Origin: Lingula anatina
Taxonomy: Eukaryota > Animalia > Brachiopoda
Length of the DNA stretch: 64,000 nt
Direction of reading: 5' to 3'
NCBI GenBank assembly: GCA_051362555.1
Contig: CM120647.1
Location: forward strand, 16,344,651-16,408,650
Part shown: one piece after another, positions 1-13,297 of the stretch
Numbering within the stretch: position 1 is the first letter of the stretch
Layout of the letters: the number at the start of each line of letters is the position of its first letter
Position numbers and translations under genes: made by a program
Notes under the pieces: generated by a model
Databases searched by the model: none
Told to the model about the DNA's origin: nothing
The model's input: the letters and a program-made list of their open reading frames with translations, nothing else

Positions 1-2253
1 ATTTGCACTGTGAAGATTTTAGCTCATGAAAGATTTTATACATGTGTGGAATGTGATGCAATTTTTTGACCAACCTTGTACGTAAGTTTTACTAAAATTT
101 GCCATTCTGTGTTCACCATGTGTTCAGTCAGAAGAGGGCATTGTGCTGCAAGATAGGACCACCTCAAAGTCTTTAGAGTGTTTTTGTTTTGTAAGTGTAG
201 ACGTGTTGAAAAAAAAACTCCAATCAGGTGGAGCAGACTCATTAATGTAAAATCATCAAGTCATGACATCAAGTTGCAGCTTCTAATTTTGTCGATTATT
301 CGTCTGTGTGGGTGCATATTTCCCCCCACAATAATTAATGGCCACAGTATCATTAGCTTTGCCAAATACATGTTTCATTATCTGTGTTTTGAACAGTGTT
401 AAGAGGACATAAAATCTGAGGCCTGCAGCTGCTTAAGCATTCATATGCATTTATTGTCATTTAGATACAAATAAACATTATCATACATTGTGCTTAGAGC
501 AGACAATTCAAGCATTCTAACATAAAATCATCGACGCATTATCTTACTTGAACTTGTATTTATCATTAACAGCAGTGATATTTATTTCTCACTCATTCAT
601 TCATTTGTATTATATATATATATTATTTAACAAGAACTTGCCAAAGGGTTGTATTGGGTTGCCCACCTTACAGCTCAGTTAACTTGTATATATTGTAGAA
701 TTAAAGAAATACAAACCATTTTAAGAGAAATTTGTTTTTATATCTAACCATAAATATCACAATAGCAACAACTTTTATTTCTCCAGAGAGCTTAAACGTT
801 GGAGCCAATAATCTGCAGACGTGAAGCAATAATATACTGGAAAAAAAAATTACGTACATTTTGTGGTTATTATCCAAATTAAATTGCATCTGGCTTCAGC
901 CAAGATTTGAAATGCTAGCTTGAACCCATTCTTTGCACCCTGAGGTTCCAAGGTCAAAGTATCCAGTAAACAGGAGAGGCATTCTGATAACAGCCTAATC
1001 GCCAGTGGTCTGAAATTCAGGGTGATTTCCTTATGTACCCATATAGAAATCATCCTGACTTTCAGAGATTGCTGATAATGACGGCATGCTTATAATAAAG
1101 AGATGTGTTTTCAACATCGTCTTATATCAGGGTCTTCTAAAATAATGTACAAAATTAAAGGATCAGCGAAGCACTAATTTTGTAACAGACATCTACCCCA
1201 CCCTGTCATCAGAGGGTATGTTTTCAGTGACCTGTGAAACTTAGGGAGCAATATAGGTCAATCACACTAGAAAGCAAAGAGATTCAAAGATTATAGGAGG
1301 CTGTAGAGACATGTGGATAACAGGGGGAAGGTGCCCAGCTACCTCTGAACAACAGGGTGAACACTTGGGGATGATATGTAATACTTATCAGTGGCAGCCT
1401 CATTCTGTTATGTAGAAAATGTGAAAATAATAAGAAGGGTGCACAAAGAAAATCCTATTGTTGCTTAGTGTGAGTCATATAGTTATTTCTCCTGATTTTT
1501 GAAGACTTATTAATAATAGTGTCCCAGGTCCTTTTGTAGGGGGTTCAAAAGAACTGCCTTTGGCTGAAAATTTTATCTAAGATCAATGCCATTTTTGAAG
1601 TTGGTTGAAGTAACTGGTAATAGGTCCGCTCTTTCAGAAGAAGAATATCTCCCTATTGAAGTGCTAGCTACAGACCTTAATACTGATTACCATTGCAAAT
1701 ATATATAAAGAAGATTGGCATCCAAAGCTGAGAGAATACATTCTGAATTACACTTGACAGGACGGAACAGTTTTGGCTCAGAGTAAAATAACAATGAGAT
1801 ATTAAAACAGATTAACATCTTCTATGACAAAAGTAAATTCAATTTATCTTGGAACAATTTCACTTTGCACATAACATTTTAAGTTATGGATTGATTTCAG
1901 TGTCAAACTATGGTTCTTCTGATATACCAAAACATAGGCACAGCCATTAGAGTTTTTTTTTTTTTTTTTTTTAATCTCTCTTTAAGGTGAGCGACAAGAA
2001 CCTTACATTATTTTTCTTTAATCTCAAAATTGTTACAGAGTAGTCATTGCCATTGTTGGAAAAGGAGGGTCATAGTTTGGTCAATAGTCAGAGAAAAGTG
2101 GCGTTTTATCACAGAGATCTCACTGAAGAGACAGATTAGGGCCAACTTGTCCCCAAACTGAGGTCTAAACTTTGCAGAGCGTTTGCGTTATCAAATTGTG
2201 TTAGTTGTGACAGAATGCATTCCCAAACTATGTTGCGATTTCAATGAGAGTTA

Positions 2254-2740
2254 AGCTCCATCTCCAGCAGTGTTGGATCAATAATTCCAAATATATCTTT
2301 GCAAGAAAAATAATGTAAAGCTCGCATGGCTGTGAAGTTTTCCGGATTGCTCCAGGCTTTCATTATCTAAGTCATTGTCTAGGCCTGCCGTTTCTTTGGA
2401 TTATTGCTATATTGTATCTACCGTTCTTTAAAATTAACTAAATTTAATTTTTTGTTCGCGCACGTGTGTGTGTGTGCAAAGGCGAGGGAACGTCCGTAAT
2501 CGGGCGTGTGTGTGTGTGTGTGTGTTTAGCCCCCCCACCCCACCCCCTCCTATGATTAGGTTTTAAAATGGTGCCAAATCAGTGCATCAGATTTCGATAA
2601 TAGTCGAGCTCCATCCTCAGCCAATGCGGGATCAATAATGCCAAGCGTATCTTTGTTAGACAAGAAAATTAATGCAAAATCAACATTGCTATGTGCCCAG
2701 TGTTCCGGATTGCTCTACACAGTCGCTCTCTAAGTCACTG
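2254..2740. repeat. Diverged local duplication (~140 bp; copies ~2254-2385 and ~2607-2740)
   Basis: Both copies read AGCTCCATC...GGATCAATAAT.CCAA..TATCTTTG..CAAGAAAA.TAATG...TTCCGGATTGCTC...TCTAAGTCA.TG.CTA; a (TG)n tract lies between them. Confidence 0.7.
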
Positions 2741-2769
2741 ACTACCATAATATTGCAAAGAGGATAAAA

Positions 2770-2937
2770 CAGTTTTGTTTTCTTCTTTCTTCTTTTTTTT
2801 TTTTTACTGTAAAAATGAGTTATGGTGACGTGTCTGATATTCCTCTCTCTCTCACGTTTAGATGAATTTTGTTTTCTCCTTTCTTCTTCTTTTTTTTACT
2901 TCTTTACTGTAAAAATGCATGAGTTATGGTGACGTGT

Positions 2938-2969
<32 letters not shown>

Positions 2970-2980
2970 ACGTTTAGATG
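2770..2980. repeat. Tandem duplication of ~110 bp
   Basis: TTTACTGTAAAAATG..GAGTTATGGTGACGTGTCTGAT..(CT)n..CACGTTTAGATGA occurs twice in tandem. Confidence 0.8.
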
Positions 2981-4050
2981 AGTCTCCGTCACACACGTAG
3001 TTCATCCTAAGAACCGGGGAAGGGGGGAGAGTTTATGACGCTATTACGCTTTTTTTTACATCGTCAGTTATAGTATTATTATTATTATTATTACTGAATG
3101 GATACGCTCCTTGATCTACCCTTAGGCCTATGTGCTTTCTGCGCGCATCTACCACCCTGAGCTGAGATAACATGAAACAAACCTCTACTATAGCATACCC
3201 TTGCCGTTTTAAGTTACCCCTGAAGCTCCAGGCGTCACTTACAGAAAGGTTAAGAATAAAAATATGCTCTTTTGTAAACAAAAATGCTTTCTGTGCCTTT
3301 CGTGTTTATGATAAGTAGTCAACAAAAATTGGCCCTTCACCCAAACTCAGTCTACAGGTGCAAATGAGGTCACAGGCATCCTCTTAAAATTATTTAGTGC
3401 ACAGATTAAAAACTTTGATTGTTTTAGGGTCCCACACGAAGGAGTTTTTAGCAAAGTTTTACCCTCCTGGAACCATGAATAATATGCGGAATAATTCGCC
3501 TAACCCCAGAAAGGAACATACGTTACTGTCACAAATGCAAGACGACCAGCTGTGAAAACGCTTTAATACTCACTTTGGAAATTCAATCATCACTGATTTT
3601 TTTCTTTAATTTATCTCCTACAAATATAATGTTGTAAAAATTATAATAATCTTCTGTATAGAGCAGTTAATTTTTGAGTGACTTTAGTTTGCTTGTCACT
3701 GAATACTATGGGGGGGGGGGAGGAGGAATACACCCTACTGAGAGCAAAATAAACATAAAATAAACTATTTCCCTTTCGTGGTCCAAATATAATATCAGAA
3801 TTGTCAAACTACACATGGACTCACAGTATATTTGTAGGTCAGAAACAGAAAACCTTGTTTCCTATTAGCCTACACCTACTGCATGGGCAAGATGAATCGA
3901 AACTTTTTGACAATATTTCTGGGGAACATATAGGCCTACGTTACATGGTATTAGCCATGACGCAAAGTCCCTTTAGTTACAGTTTAAATAACCGTACCAA
4001 ATGCCACCATACGCCCTCTAAAATACCAAAAGTTTCTTTTGTGTGTGTGT

Positions 4051-4081
<31 letters not shown>

Positions 4082-4703
4082 GGGGGGGGAGGGTCGGCTT
4101 CGCATCAGCGGACATCCCCTTCAAACAATCTTGGATCCGCCCCTGAAAATATATCAGAAAGCGACATAAAGATTAAAACTATATATGGTCCGGGACATAC
4201 GTTACCATTACCATAATGGTATAGGCATGGTAAAAATAAAATGAAAATGTTAAATTAAGACAGCCGTGGATTTTTGTTCTATAACATATATGTTTTAAAA
4301 GATTGAATACAACTGCGAATTCATTTAATTTAATTTTTCAGCATGTGAAATGCACCCTCTATATTGAGTTTGGGTGCCTAGTGTCTGCTATAAACTTTTC
4401 TTTCACGTAGATGCCGCAACTTAATTCCCGTCCCCTTTGCCAAACTTCAGCCGTGTATGTTTTTTTAATCACCAAATCAGTGCGGAGAAAACTTTGCAGT
4501 CTTTTCACAACTGTCGCATCCATCTTTTAACATACGGTCTGCTTATGAATGAAACAAAGAAGAAGAGGGGGAATGCGTAAGTTTTGGTAGATCCTGTCCC
4601 ACTTTCGGTATGTCTTACACGGAAAAGCCTGCAGCATGTTTTTTAAAGAATACAATACAAAGTCTATTATGAGTAATGTGTAACCTTTGCCAAATAGGGA
4701 GAT

Positions 4704-4765
4704 TGACGTCACTGGGGTCACGTGACTGGGCGCGGGAGCGAGGCACATGCAGGGCCGCCATTGTT
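4704..4765 (+). promoter_or_regulatory. YTHDF proximal promoter: CRE, CLEAR/E-box and YY1-like motif
   Basis: TGACGTCA at 4704-4711, GTCACGTGAC at 4717-4726 and GCCGCCATT at ~4754-4762, in a CpG-rich patch ~200 bp upstream of the ATG. Confidence 0.6.
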
Positions 4766-4934
4766 CCGCTGAGGAAATTTACGCACAACTCGCTGGATTT
4801 CAGTCCTTCATTTTGCCATTTCACACAAGGATTCACAACTTGGAACTTGTACCACGTACAAGAGTATTGTATTGAGAACTGTGAAAGGACACTTTGTTTG
4901 TTCTATTTGGATTATCACTCTGGATTCTCGTGTA

Positions 4935-4955
4935 ATGTCTGCGAGCGTAGATCAG
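4935..4955 (+). CDS. YTHDF: YTH domain family protein (m6A reader), coding exon 1 (MSASVDQ)
   Basis: ATGTCTGCGAGCGTAGATCAG|GT resembles the YTHDF N-terminus MSATSVDQ; phase 0. Confidence 0.85.
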
Positions 4956-5126
4956 GTTGGTGGTCGCCATATTTGATCTCATTATCGAGCACTTGTTGCC
5001 AGCTCACACACCGCATCCCGTATTCATATTCTCGATTTCGACATCTGTCTCCACACCGAAATCTTCTAATCGGCTGTTGTTTCTTATTTCTTTCTTTTTC
5101 ATAAAACCATGTATTCCAACGAACAG

Positions 5127-5151
5127 AGATCGAAAGGCCAGCCGTCTGCAG
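5127..5151 (+). CDS. YTHDF: YTHDF coding exon 2 (RSKGQPSA)
   Basis: AACAG|AGATCGAAAGGCCAGCCGTCTGCAG|GTAAG; 25 nt; resembles vertebrate RPKGQGNK. Confidence 0.85.
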
Positions 5152-7014
5152 GTAAGCAATGAAACCAGGAAAAATCGATAAAATATGCCGACATCTTAAG
5201 AGACCGCATGTTTTAGGTTATGTTTGATAATTACACGTTGGGTTTCCCAAGCAAAACTGAGACATAATTTTAGAGGCAGAAGCCCATATTTTTGTGAAAA
5301 GTCCTGTTTGGTTGGATCTTTCAGAACGACTTAATTTCTCAGCCAAATTGCTATCAATTACTTGGTATCCAAGATACATAAGGAGATTGGGAAGTCTTAC
5401 CTTAATGCAAATGGACAGTTTATGTTCCTCATATAATAAAAATTCAGTTTAATTTGGCCACTGACAGCAACACAGCAAGCAGAAAATTACATAGTGCATT
5501 ACTAGATTACTAGATGTCATTGTGCTCAGTAAAACCTGCTGAGCAAGCACTATTGTGAGGAAACAGATAAGGAAGTCACTGTTATTTTGTAACCCAAACT
5601 CTTAAAAACACACCAACATACAACCCAAGGAAAAAATGTCCCTTATTTACTGACTAAGGTCTAATTTAAAGCCTGATAAAGACCCAGGTGTGTGTTTTGC
5701 TCTCAGGCTTCAGTGACAGAAACGACTTAATTGCTAGACTGCTAGGCCATACTCATATCCTCTTTGAGAGATAGCAGATAAGAGTAAAATATGGAGGATG
5801 CTGTGAATTAGATATCTTTAAATTGGTCTCACATTTTATAGTAATGTGCATGCCAGTTGTATATTCTAAAAAGATTAATTAAAGAGCAGTAACATATTTT
5901 TGTAGACCTTATCAAAACTGCTGGGTTACTATGAGAAATTTTGTCTGTAGATCAACAAATGTTGATATTGGATCATAACTTTGTCAGATGGTGAATCATA
6001 TCACAAAAACTCACTGTAAGCAGTAGATTTCTGCTTATTCATGAACTATAAAACATTGACAGTGCGAAAGCAAAACAAAGCATCCTCTTTATGCAGTCAT
6101 GGAGCATGACTAAGTTTCATATATTACTCAAGTTGTTTGTAAACAAGCTGCCCATGTTATTCATATGTTACCAGTATTGTGTAGTTGATGTTTTACATAC
6201 AATAAGGCATGGTATACTGAGTCCTCATTAACACCCCACTGTTGTCCAATTTTGTTGAGACTAATTGAAATCACTGTACAGGAATGTTACGGAAGTGTTG
6301 GGTTCATTTCAGCATAAATTTTGTAAGAGCCACATAGCTGAGAAAAATGTGCCACTTCAACATTTAAAATCAAAAGCTTAGAAAGACAGAATAGTTAAAA
6401 TCTATTTGTCCAAATTATTTTTAAAATCTGTATAAGGTTAGGAAGAAACGATTCCATGGTAACGTGGTGGACTCAAGAGTCAAAGAGTACATTTTATAAA
6501 TAGTTGTAATTGTGCAATAGACTGTTACATTTTTCCTCCATCTCTGAAGTTGTAACTTATGGGGGTGTATTGTTTATTGAGTCATGCTCACGTCAGCATA
6601 CTATACAGGTTTTCAAGCTTGTGATAATTTAGGGGATTCCCCAAATTCAAGGGAATTTTACTGTGGCCCAATCTGAAGACCTGGTTATTTAGGGGATCCC
6701 CTCCAGTAAAAGACGAAGGGAATTATTTGACAAAAGAATGTTTCCTTTCTTTTTCATACTGTACATAAAATAGTGACTTCCTTTTATTTCCATACTGTGC
6801 ATAAAATAGTCATGGGATTTGAAGTATACAGTAAATCATTTCAAGATGATAGGTCACAGTAAGATGCAACTCTGCCTGTTTTGTATTCTGCAGCTTTTCT
6901 TGTTGCATGTCACTTTGGTCCAGTCTGTCTCAATAGCATTCTCTGAAGATGCTCCCTGAAATACATAAATACTTGAAACCATCCCATGTATTCTATCTTT
7001 TTCCTCTGTTTCAG

Positions 7015-7097
7015 TAGCTAACGGACCTGGAAGTGGAGGAAACAAGGAAACGGTGAAGGAAGGAGAATTTGAAGCCTACTTCAGCCAACCGCATCAG
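7015..7097 (+). CDS. YTHDF: YTHDF coding exon 3 (VANGPGSGGNKETVKEGEFEAYFSQPHQ)
   Basis: Polypyrimidine tract plus TTCAG acceptor, CAG|GTGAGG donor; phase is consistent with exon 2; FExY motif. Confidence 0.85.
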
Positions 7098-10000
7098 GTG
7101 AGGTGGACTAGAGGTCCTAGTTTTTGGAAACCCCCTGTAAAGTGGAGTCATGTCAAATGTGACTCCTATTGTATCCATTTCCTTCATTTTCTTTTGTTAA
7201 AATTACTACCCCATGATGATGACTTTTTTTTTTTAACTTGGATGGAATACATTCTAGCTGTCCTTTTAGGTGTCAGAAAATTTGGAGGTAAACACGCTCT
7301 AAATTACTAATTTACACATTTTTGAAGCAACCATAAAAGAAAAGTAGGATACTTCCTGGTTGTAAAATTGATGCTTCCTTTACATCTGAATTGTGTACAG
7401 TTCAGAGAGGTGGTGAGTTTACCAAAGCCCTTTGCAAAAAGAAGTAGTAAATTAACTTGTGTGAGACCGTGTAGTAAGGTGTATGGAATCAACAGGTGGA
7501 CTGGGATATTAATAGAGACATTCATTGTGACGTTACATATGCTGATGCAGGGCAGGCATTGTGTGAGGTGGGGTCCACTAGGCAGGGATGATTAAATGGT
7601 TTAGGCCACGTTAAATGTTTTCTTTTCTGTCCCGTGAAATTTTAAAAAGTGATTTTGTACTGTCATAACTTTTTGTGTAAACAGTAAAAAAATGTCCCCA
7701 CAATTAAAAAAAAAATTGAGGAAATGATTGTAAATAGGGGAATATCGTGGTTCGTCCTGAAAAAGGGTAATATGAGATCATTACACACAAGTGGAATTTC
7801 TCTTGGCAAAATAAAAATAAAAAAAGAAATTCATTTAAGACGACATTTATCTTAGGTCAAATTAGACCTATATCCTTTGGTTTTAAAGTGAAGACTTTTC
7901 AGTCCCAATTTCTTTTCATGCTGCATCCAAAGGCAATATAAAGATGCAGTTATCAGAGAGGCTGAGATATTTTTTAATTATTTTTTTCCTCCACCCCCAT
8001 CCCCAACTCTGGGCCAAATCCACGACTCCTGATGCTACCAGCAGTAAATCCTATCAAGTCAGTAGCACTCCAGTCACGCACCTGTTATAATACAGAGGTC
8101 CATATTTTCTCCCATTATATTTGGTCTTGATCTTGATCAGATCTTGGTCTTGATAGCAGACAGAGAAGGATGGGCCATATAGCAGTCACACTGTTATGTC
8201 ATATAAGATTGAGTACAGAGAGTACAGCCTGTGCACTTGTCATGAAATGCTGATAATTTCAACCTCAAAGTGGGTGCTATAGTGTAGGTATCTTAGTGCT
8301 TAAGGGTTTACCTGAGGATAGTTATGGTTATGATATACCTTATCACTTGAAACCTGTATTTGAAGTTGATGTAAGGTCTTGATTTGGTGAATGTTTAGAA
8401 TTTCATGTAGGTGATATTTAACAGTTTTTAGAAGCTTGCCTGGCAGTATTAATTTTCCACATTTGGAAATAAATGTGTTCAAGATATCAGGTAGATTGTT
8501 GGAGCTAAGAATTCATATGATCACTCCAACTGAAAAAAATACAGTTTATTTTTATGTCACCATGAATAACTGAGAGATACGAGATAAGGGCTTGTTTTCT
8601 TAATTGTGCAGAGGACCCCATGTAAAGACTACACTGATAGTGAGGCACTGTAGTTTGAGCTCCCTGCCAGGTTATCTGTTGTGAATACTGCAGTTGATAT
8701 GTAATATATCCCTTATCAGAGATAAATTGTCTAAATGCACAGGTCAAGTAGATTTGATAGATCATCATATGTAATGTTCTGTTGAATTTGACCCAGTTTT
8801 TATGGAAAAGGGGGTTTGAAGGTTATGATAGGAGAGTCTTCCCTAAAACACACTGATTTTTTTTTTTTTTTCCTTGGGCATTTTTTCAAAATTGAGTTAA
8901 ATGGATGTCTTGCTATCTCAGGTTCAGAAGCTTCACCTAAAATGACCCCCCCCCCCCCCCCAATAGTGTGTGCAGTGCTATTAACTTTGTATATTAAAAC
9001 AAAGCAAAGAGCTTCATTCCCTTGTTATTGTCAGAAAAAACTCCTTGTGGTTTGAAGTGATTCACAGAGCAGATGTTTACCTCAGTTGCACCCAGCTGCT
9101 AAGTGTGTGTGTGTGTGTATGGTGATTACAGCATCAGACTTGTCACATATATGTTAATAACATTCATTCATGAAAATACACTATGCAATTCTATTGGGTG
9201 GGGATTTTTACTACTTAAAGGGTTTGTGTGTGTGTATATGTGTGTGGTGGGGAGGGGGGGTGTGTATCAAAACTGGGGCCACTAATGTGAGAAATACAGC
9301 ACGAAGCATGAAGTAAGACTAGGTTGGGTTTAGCCCTGTAAGGTATGGAGTGATTCATGGCCCAGTCTTTCCCCTAAGCTGTATGGCTGATAACAACATT
9401 TTGTGACCTCTCTGACAAAGCACCTGCTACAGCAGTAGGGGGAAGATGTCACTGCTACAGCTGGGGTGTTGTAATAATGGTGTAAAACTTGTGTAATCTT
9501 TTTAACCTGCAAGTTGCATCTTTGTATGTGTGTGTTTGGGGGGGGGGGGGGGGGGGGGGGGGAGGGACTTGGTCATTTATTCTTGTATCATGACTGAAGG
9601 CAATACACATATTAACAAGTATATGCATTGCAACCAGCTGAGAGCTAGGGTACTTTGTTACCTGGGGTATATTGTAGATGTTCCATCCACCTTTCATTCT
9701 GACTTGAATAAATATTAAAATATCAAAAAATGGATAAGAAAAAGATTGGAGGCTTGAAACTTAAAACTGTTATGATATGCCATTGTTAATGCTGTTTTTA
9801 TTTTATTTCTATTTCATATTCCTTCACCCCTGCCCTTCACCATGGATTGTGAAATGATTGCATCTGTCTGACCACCACAACTGACCAATGTTGGGTGATG
9901 ACCATCAATTTACTTGACCACTGGACCGTCACTACCATGGCAACCTGATGTTAATGACGATGATATGCTGCTGTCTACTGTATCTACCTGTCTCTGTGCA

Positions 10001-10352
10001 CTGAACCCTGATGAATGTGAATTAACACATATCTGCAATTGACTTCATATTTTAAAAATTTAACTTGGTCATGTCTCTCAATTTACAATCATTATGGTTG
10101 TAAAAATTGTATGCCAATTTTATAAAATTCTGCTGAAATGCTGCTGTATTTTACAAAACAAAATTTACAAATATTTTGAAACGCTACCTGGTGAATTTTA
10201 TTGGAAAATGCTGGCTATACAATCAATGGCATCTCCATACCAACAATGTGTTTCTATGCAACAACTACCGTGGCAATACTGCTGCCCATGCCAATCACCA
10301 TGCCAACATCATGCGTTGCTATGCTACCATCACCTTGATAACATAACAACAG

Positions 10353-11804
10353 GGAGCTTACACATCTGCCCAACAGATGTCTAGCCCAGGTGTTTCGGAC
10401 GCTTACATGCAGAACTATTACAACCCTTATCCTTACTTGACCACCGGACTCGGAGACACTGCTTGGTCAAATGGCGGGGACCCCATGTCCTTCCTTGGCT
10501 ACGGCCAGATGAGTGGAGACTATGTGTCCAGTAATGGAATGTTCCCTGGCTTTGACTACCAGCATGCAGCATTTGCCTGGGGTTTCCCCGGGACGGAGTA
10601 TGCCTGGGGTGCGAACTCTGCCGGGGCGCAGCAGGGAGGGGGGCGTAAGGACTCTCGGGGTTACGGACAGGACGAGTATTACCATCCGGACAGTATGGGC
10701 CCCTCGGAGAGTTATGCCATGAACGGGGACATGGACAGGGATAACGGACTTAAGGGCATGGAGCAAGGGTTTCAAGGGATGACTCTGGTGAATGATGGAG
10801 GGGTGGACTCAGGGACTGAGGGGGTGGCTGTGAATGTGAACTCTGGCTCTGGAGGAGGGGGGATGGGCCACGGTGGGTCTGGCGGACAAGGCGGTGTGTC
10901 GCTAGGTGGTGGCGCCCCCAAGAAAATGACTTGGGCGTCCATTGCCAGCCAGCCAGCCAAACCTCAGCCTCAGATTAAGTCTAAGACTATCCCCCGTGCC
11001 CCAGTACCTCCGGGAAAGCAGAATATGGATATAGGACAGTGGGACAAAGCCAATGCGGCTAAGCAGGCGGGACAGGCGCGCCAGGCGTGGGGGCCGCCCC
11101 GCAATCGTGGCTCAGTGCAGCCTTATTCCACCGGACCATCCGCCAATGCCCCCATGTCGAACTCTGGCAATGCAGGGCTGGCCAACATCTCGGCTCCCGT
11201 GGTGCCCCCAGCATCCTCACACCCAGTGTTGGACAAACTGAAATCGGCGAATCAATATAACCCCAAGGAGTTCACTGTCCCCAAAAATTCACGTTTTTTC
11301 ATTATTAAGAGCTATTCAGAGGACGACATACATCGTAGCATCAAGTATAGTATTTGGTGTTCAACGGACCACGGAAACAAGAGGTTGGATACAGCTTATC
11401 GCCAACAGGAAGGCAAAGGTCCTGTGTACTTGTTGTTTTCTGTGAACGGAAGTGGACATTTCTGTGGAGTGGCGCAGATGTTATCGCCTATCGACTACAA
11501 CCGGACGAGTGGCGTGTGGGCGCAGGATAAGTGGAAAGGACAGTTCGAGGTCAAGTGGATTTACGTCAAGGACGTGCCCAACTCCCAACTGCGACACATT
11601 CGCTTGGAGAACAATGAGAATAAACCTGTGACTAACTCCCGTGACACGCAGGAAGTTCCACTGGAAAAGGGGAAACAGGTGATGAAGATCCTCCACAGCT
11701 ATCGGCATACCACCTCCATTTTTGACGACTTTGGACACTACGAGAAACGCCAGGAGGAGGAGGCGCCGGAGCAGGCACACAACTCCAAGAAGTCTGGCCA
11801 AAAG
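10353..11804 (+). CDS. YTHDF: YTHDF coding exon 4 (low-complexity G/Y/P/Q region plus YTH domain)
   Basis: YTH motifs [46 protein letters not shown] and [12 protein letters not shown]; acceptor AG at 10351-10352 (alternative at 10375-10376); donor AAG|GTGAGG. Confidence 0.95.
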
Positions 11805-12084
11805 GTGAGGAGGGTATCTCGCTAAAATCCTCTGAGTTTAGGAGAAAAGGGGGTGGGATGGGGGTCAAAGATAAAATGAGGCACATAACCTGAGAAAAGT
11901 GGGGGCAGGAGGTAAGGGTAAGGCTTGTGAAACTGAAGTGGTAGGTGTTAAGTGGCTTTGGGGGTGGGGGTAAATTGAGGCATGCTACTTTTGAATGTTA
12001 ATAGCTGAAGTAAAGGGTTGTGAAGCATTGGAGAGGAGGGGGGGGGGGGGGGGGGTCTCAAATCCGCATTAAAAATTTGGCATA

Positions 12085-12220
12085 TATTTATGAGAGGGTG
12101 GGTCCACAGAAAGTAAGGGGACTGGGGCTCTTCTATCATACCGTTAAGAATTTTGCTAATATTTTTGAGAGAGTGGGTCCAGGGAAAGTTAGGGGATTGG
12201 GGCTCTGTTATTATTCCTTT
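12085..12220. repeat. Two-copy tandem repeat (~77 bp) in the last YTHDF intron
   Basis: ATATTT.TGAGAG.GTGGGTCCA..GAAAGT.AGGGGA.TGGGGCTCT occurs twice. Confidence 0.7.
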
Positions 12221-13279
12221 AAATGAAACTTTTTGTCTGCTTGATATTTACATTGTCAATTTCCAAAACTAACTCTGATGGTAGTAGTAGTCTGTAATAA
12301 ACATCAGACAATCGTGCTGCCTCAAATAAATGCCCACCCATCTGGCCCCCAGGGCTAAGTTTAACAGGCTGACTAGACGAGCTCTGATTAAAGTCAGTCG
12401 GATCTCTTTCCTGAGCCAGCCAGAAAATTTAATCTAAAGGTGCGATAGGTATCTTTGCAACCCCAATTTAAACATTTCACACATGTAGCTGTTTGTAGAA
12501 GTAGAAGGATTTTGGAATGAGTGAGCAGGCACACACAGACGCATGCATGCAGGCACACACACACGCACACACACACAGGTGATGATGAAAAGCATACACA
12601 CACGCACACCTGCCAACTTGGACGTTAAGTTCCCTATTTACAGGAAGTGTCTTGAGTAAACTTAGGCAATAAATCCATGTCAAATCTAGAACATCTCTGA
12701 ACAGCCAGGTTTATCCAGGTACCACCAGAATATAGGTGTGTAATTTGCCCCAACTGACACAGCACCTGCAATCAGGGGTTGATTAGAACATAAAGTCCTG
12801 TCATATTGTTCATGACAGACAAATTTAAACTTTCATTCTTCACCAAGGGCACGATTATTTATTTTTTTAATACTAGATTAATACTGTATTAATTCATTAT
12901 CTCCCCCTCCCCCCCCCCCAAAAAAAAAAATTAATAATAATAATAATAATTGCCACATTATAAAGACTCAATTATGCACACAAGGATTTTCTGCACTTGG
13001 ATTTTTCATGTGGCTTTCAGTATTTTCCCCCCTTTTATTGTCAAGGTAGACTTTATCCCAAACGTATTAACCCCTGCTATCTCTTCCTGTCCAATTTTTA
13101 CCACTTTGAGTAAAATTCATCTGAATTATTATGAATGACCAGAACATGGAAGACTACAAACTTAATAATGAGGGTATATGTTTTGGTTCTAGTTCTTTGA
13201 ATGTATCTATGTTAAACTGTCAAAAAAATTCAATAAAGGTTGTAATTATCTGATACTTAATTTATTTTTCTTTTTCCAG

Positions 13280-13297
13280 GGGTCCTACAAAAACTAA
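13280..13297 (+). CDS. YTHDF: YTHDF last coding exon (GSYKN*)
   Basis: TTTTTCTTTTTCCAG|GGGTCCTACAAAAACTAA; a short terminal coding exon as in other YTHDF genes; total protein ~532 aa. Confidence 0.7.
   Translation, partial: GSYKN

Noticed and set aside
9950-10015. C/D-box snoRNA-like words (ATGACGA/ATGATA...CTGA) in the YTHDF intron
   Set aside because: No canonical RTGATGA C box with a terminal stem and no identifiable rRNA guide
10094-10384. 96-aa Cys/Gln/His-rich ORF just before the YTHDF exon
   Set aside because: It is out of frame with YTHDF and has no acceptor. It lies in the AG-free zone, where TAG stops cannot occur, which favours chance ORFs
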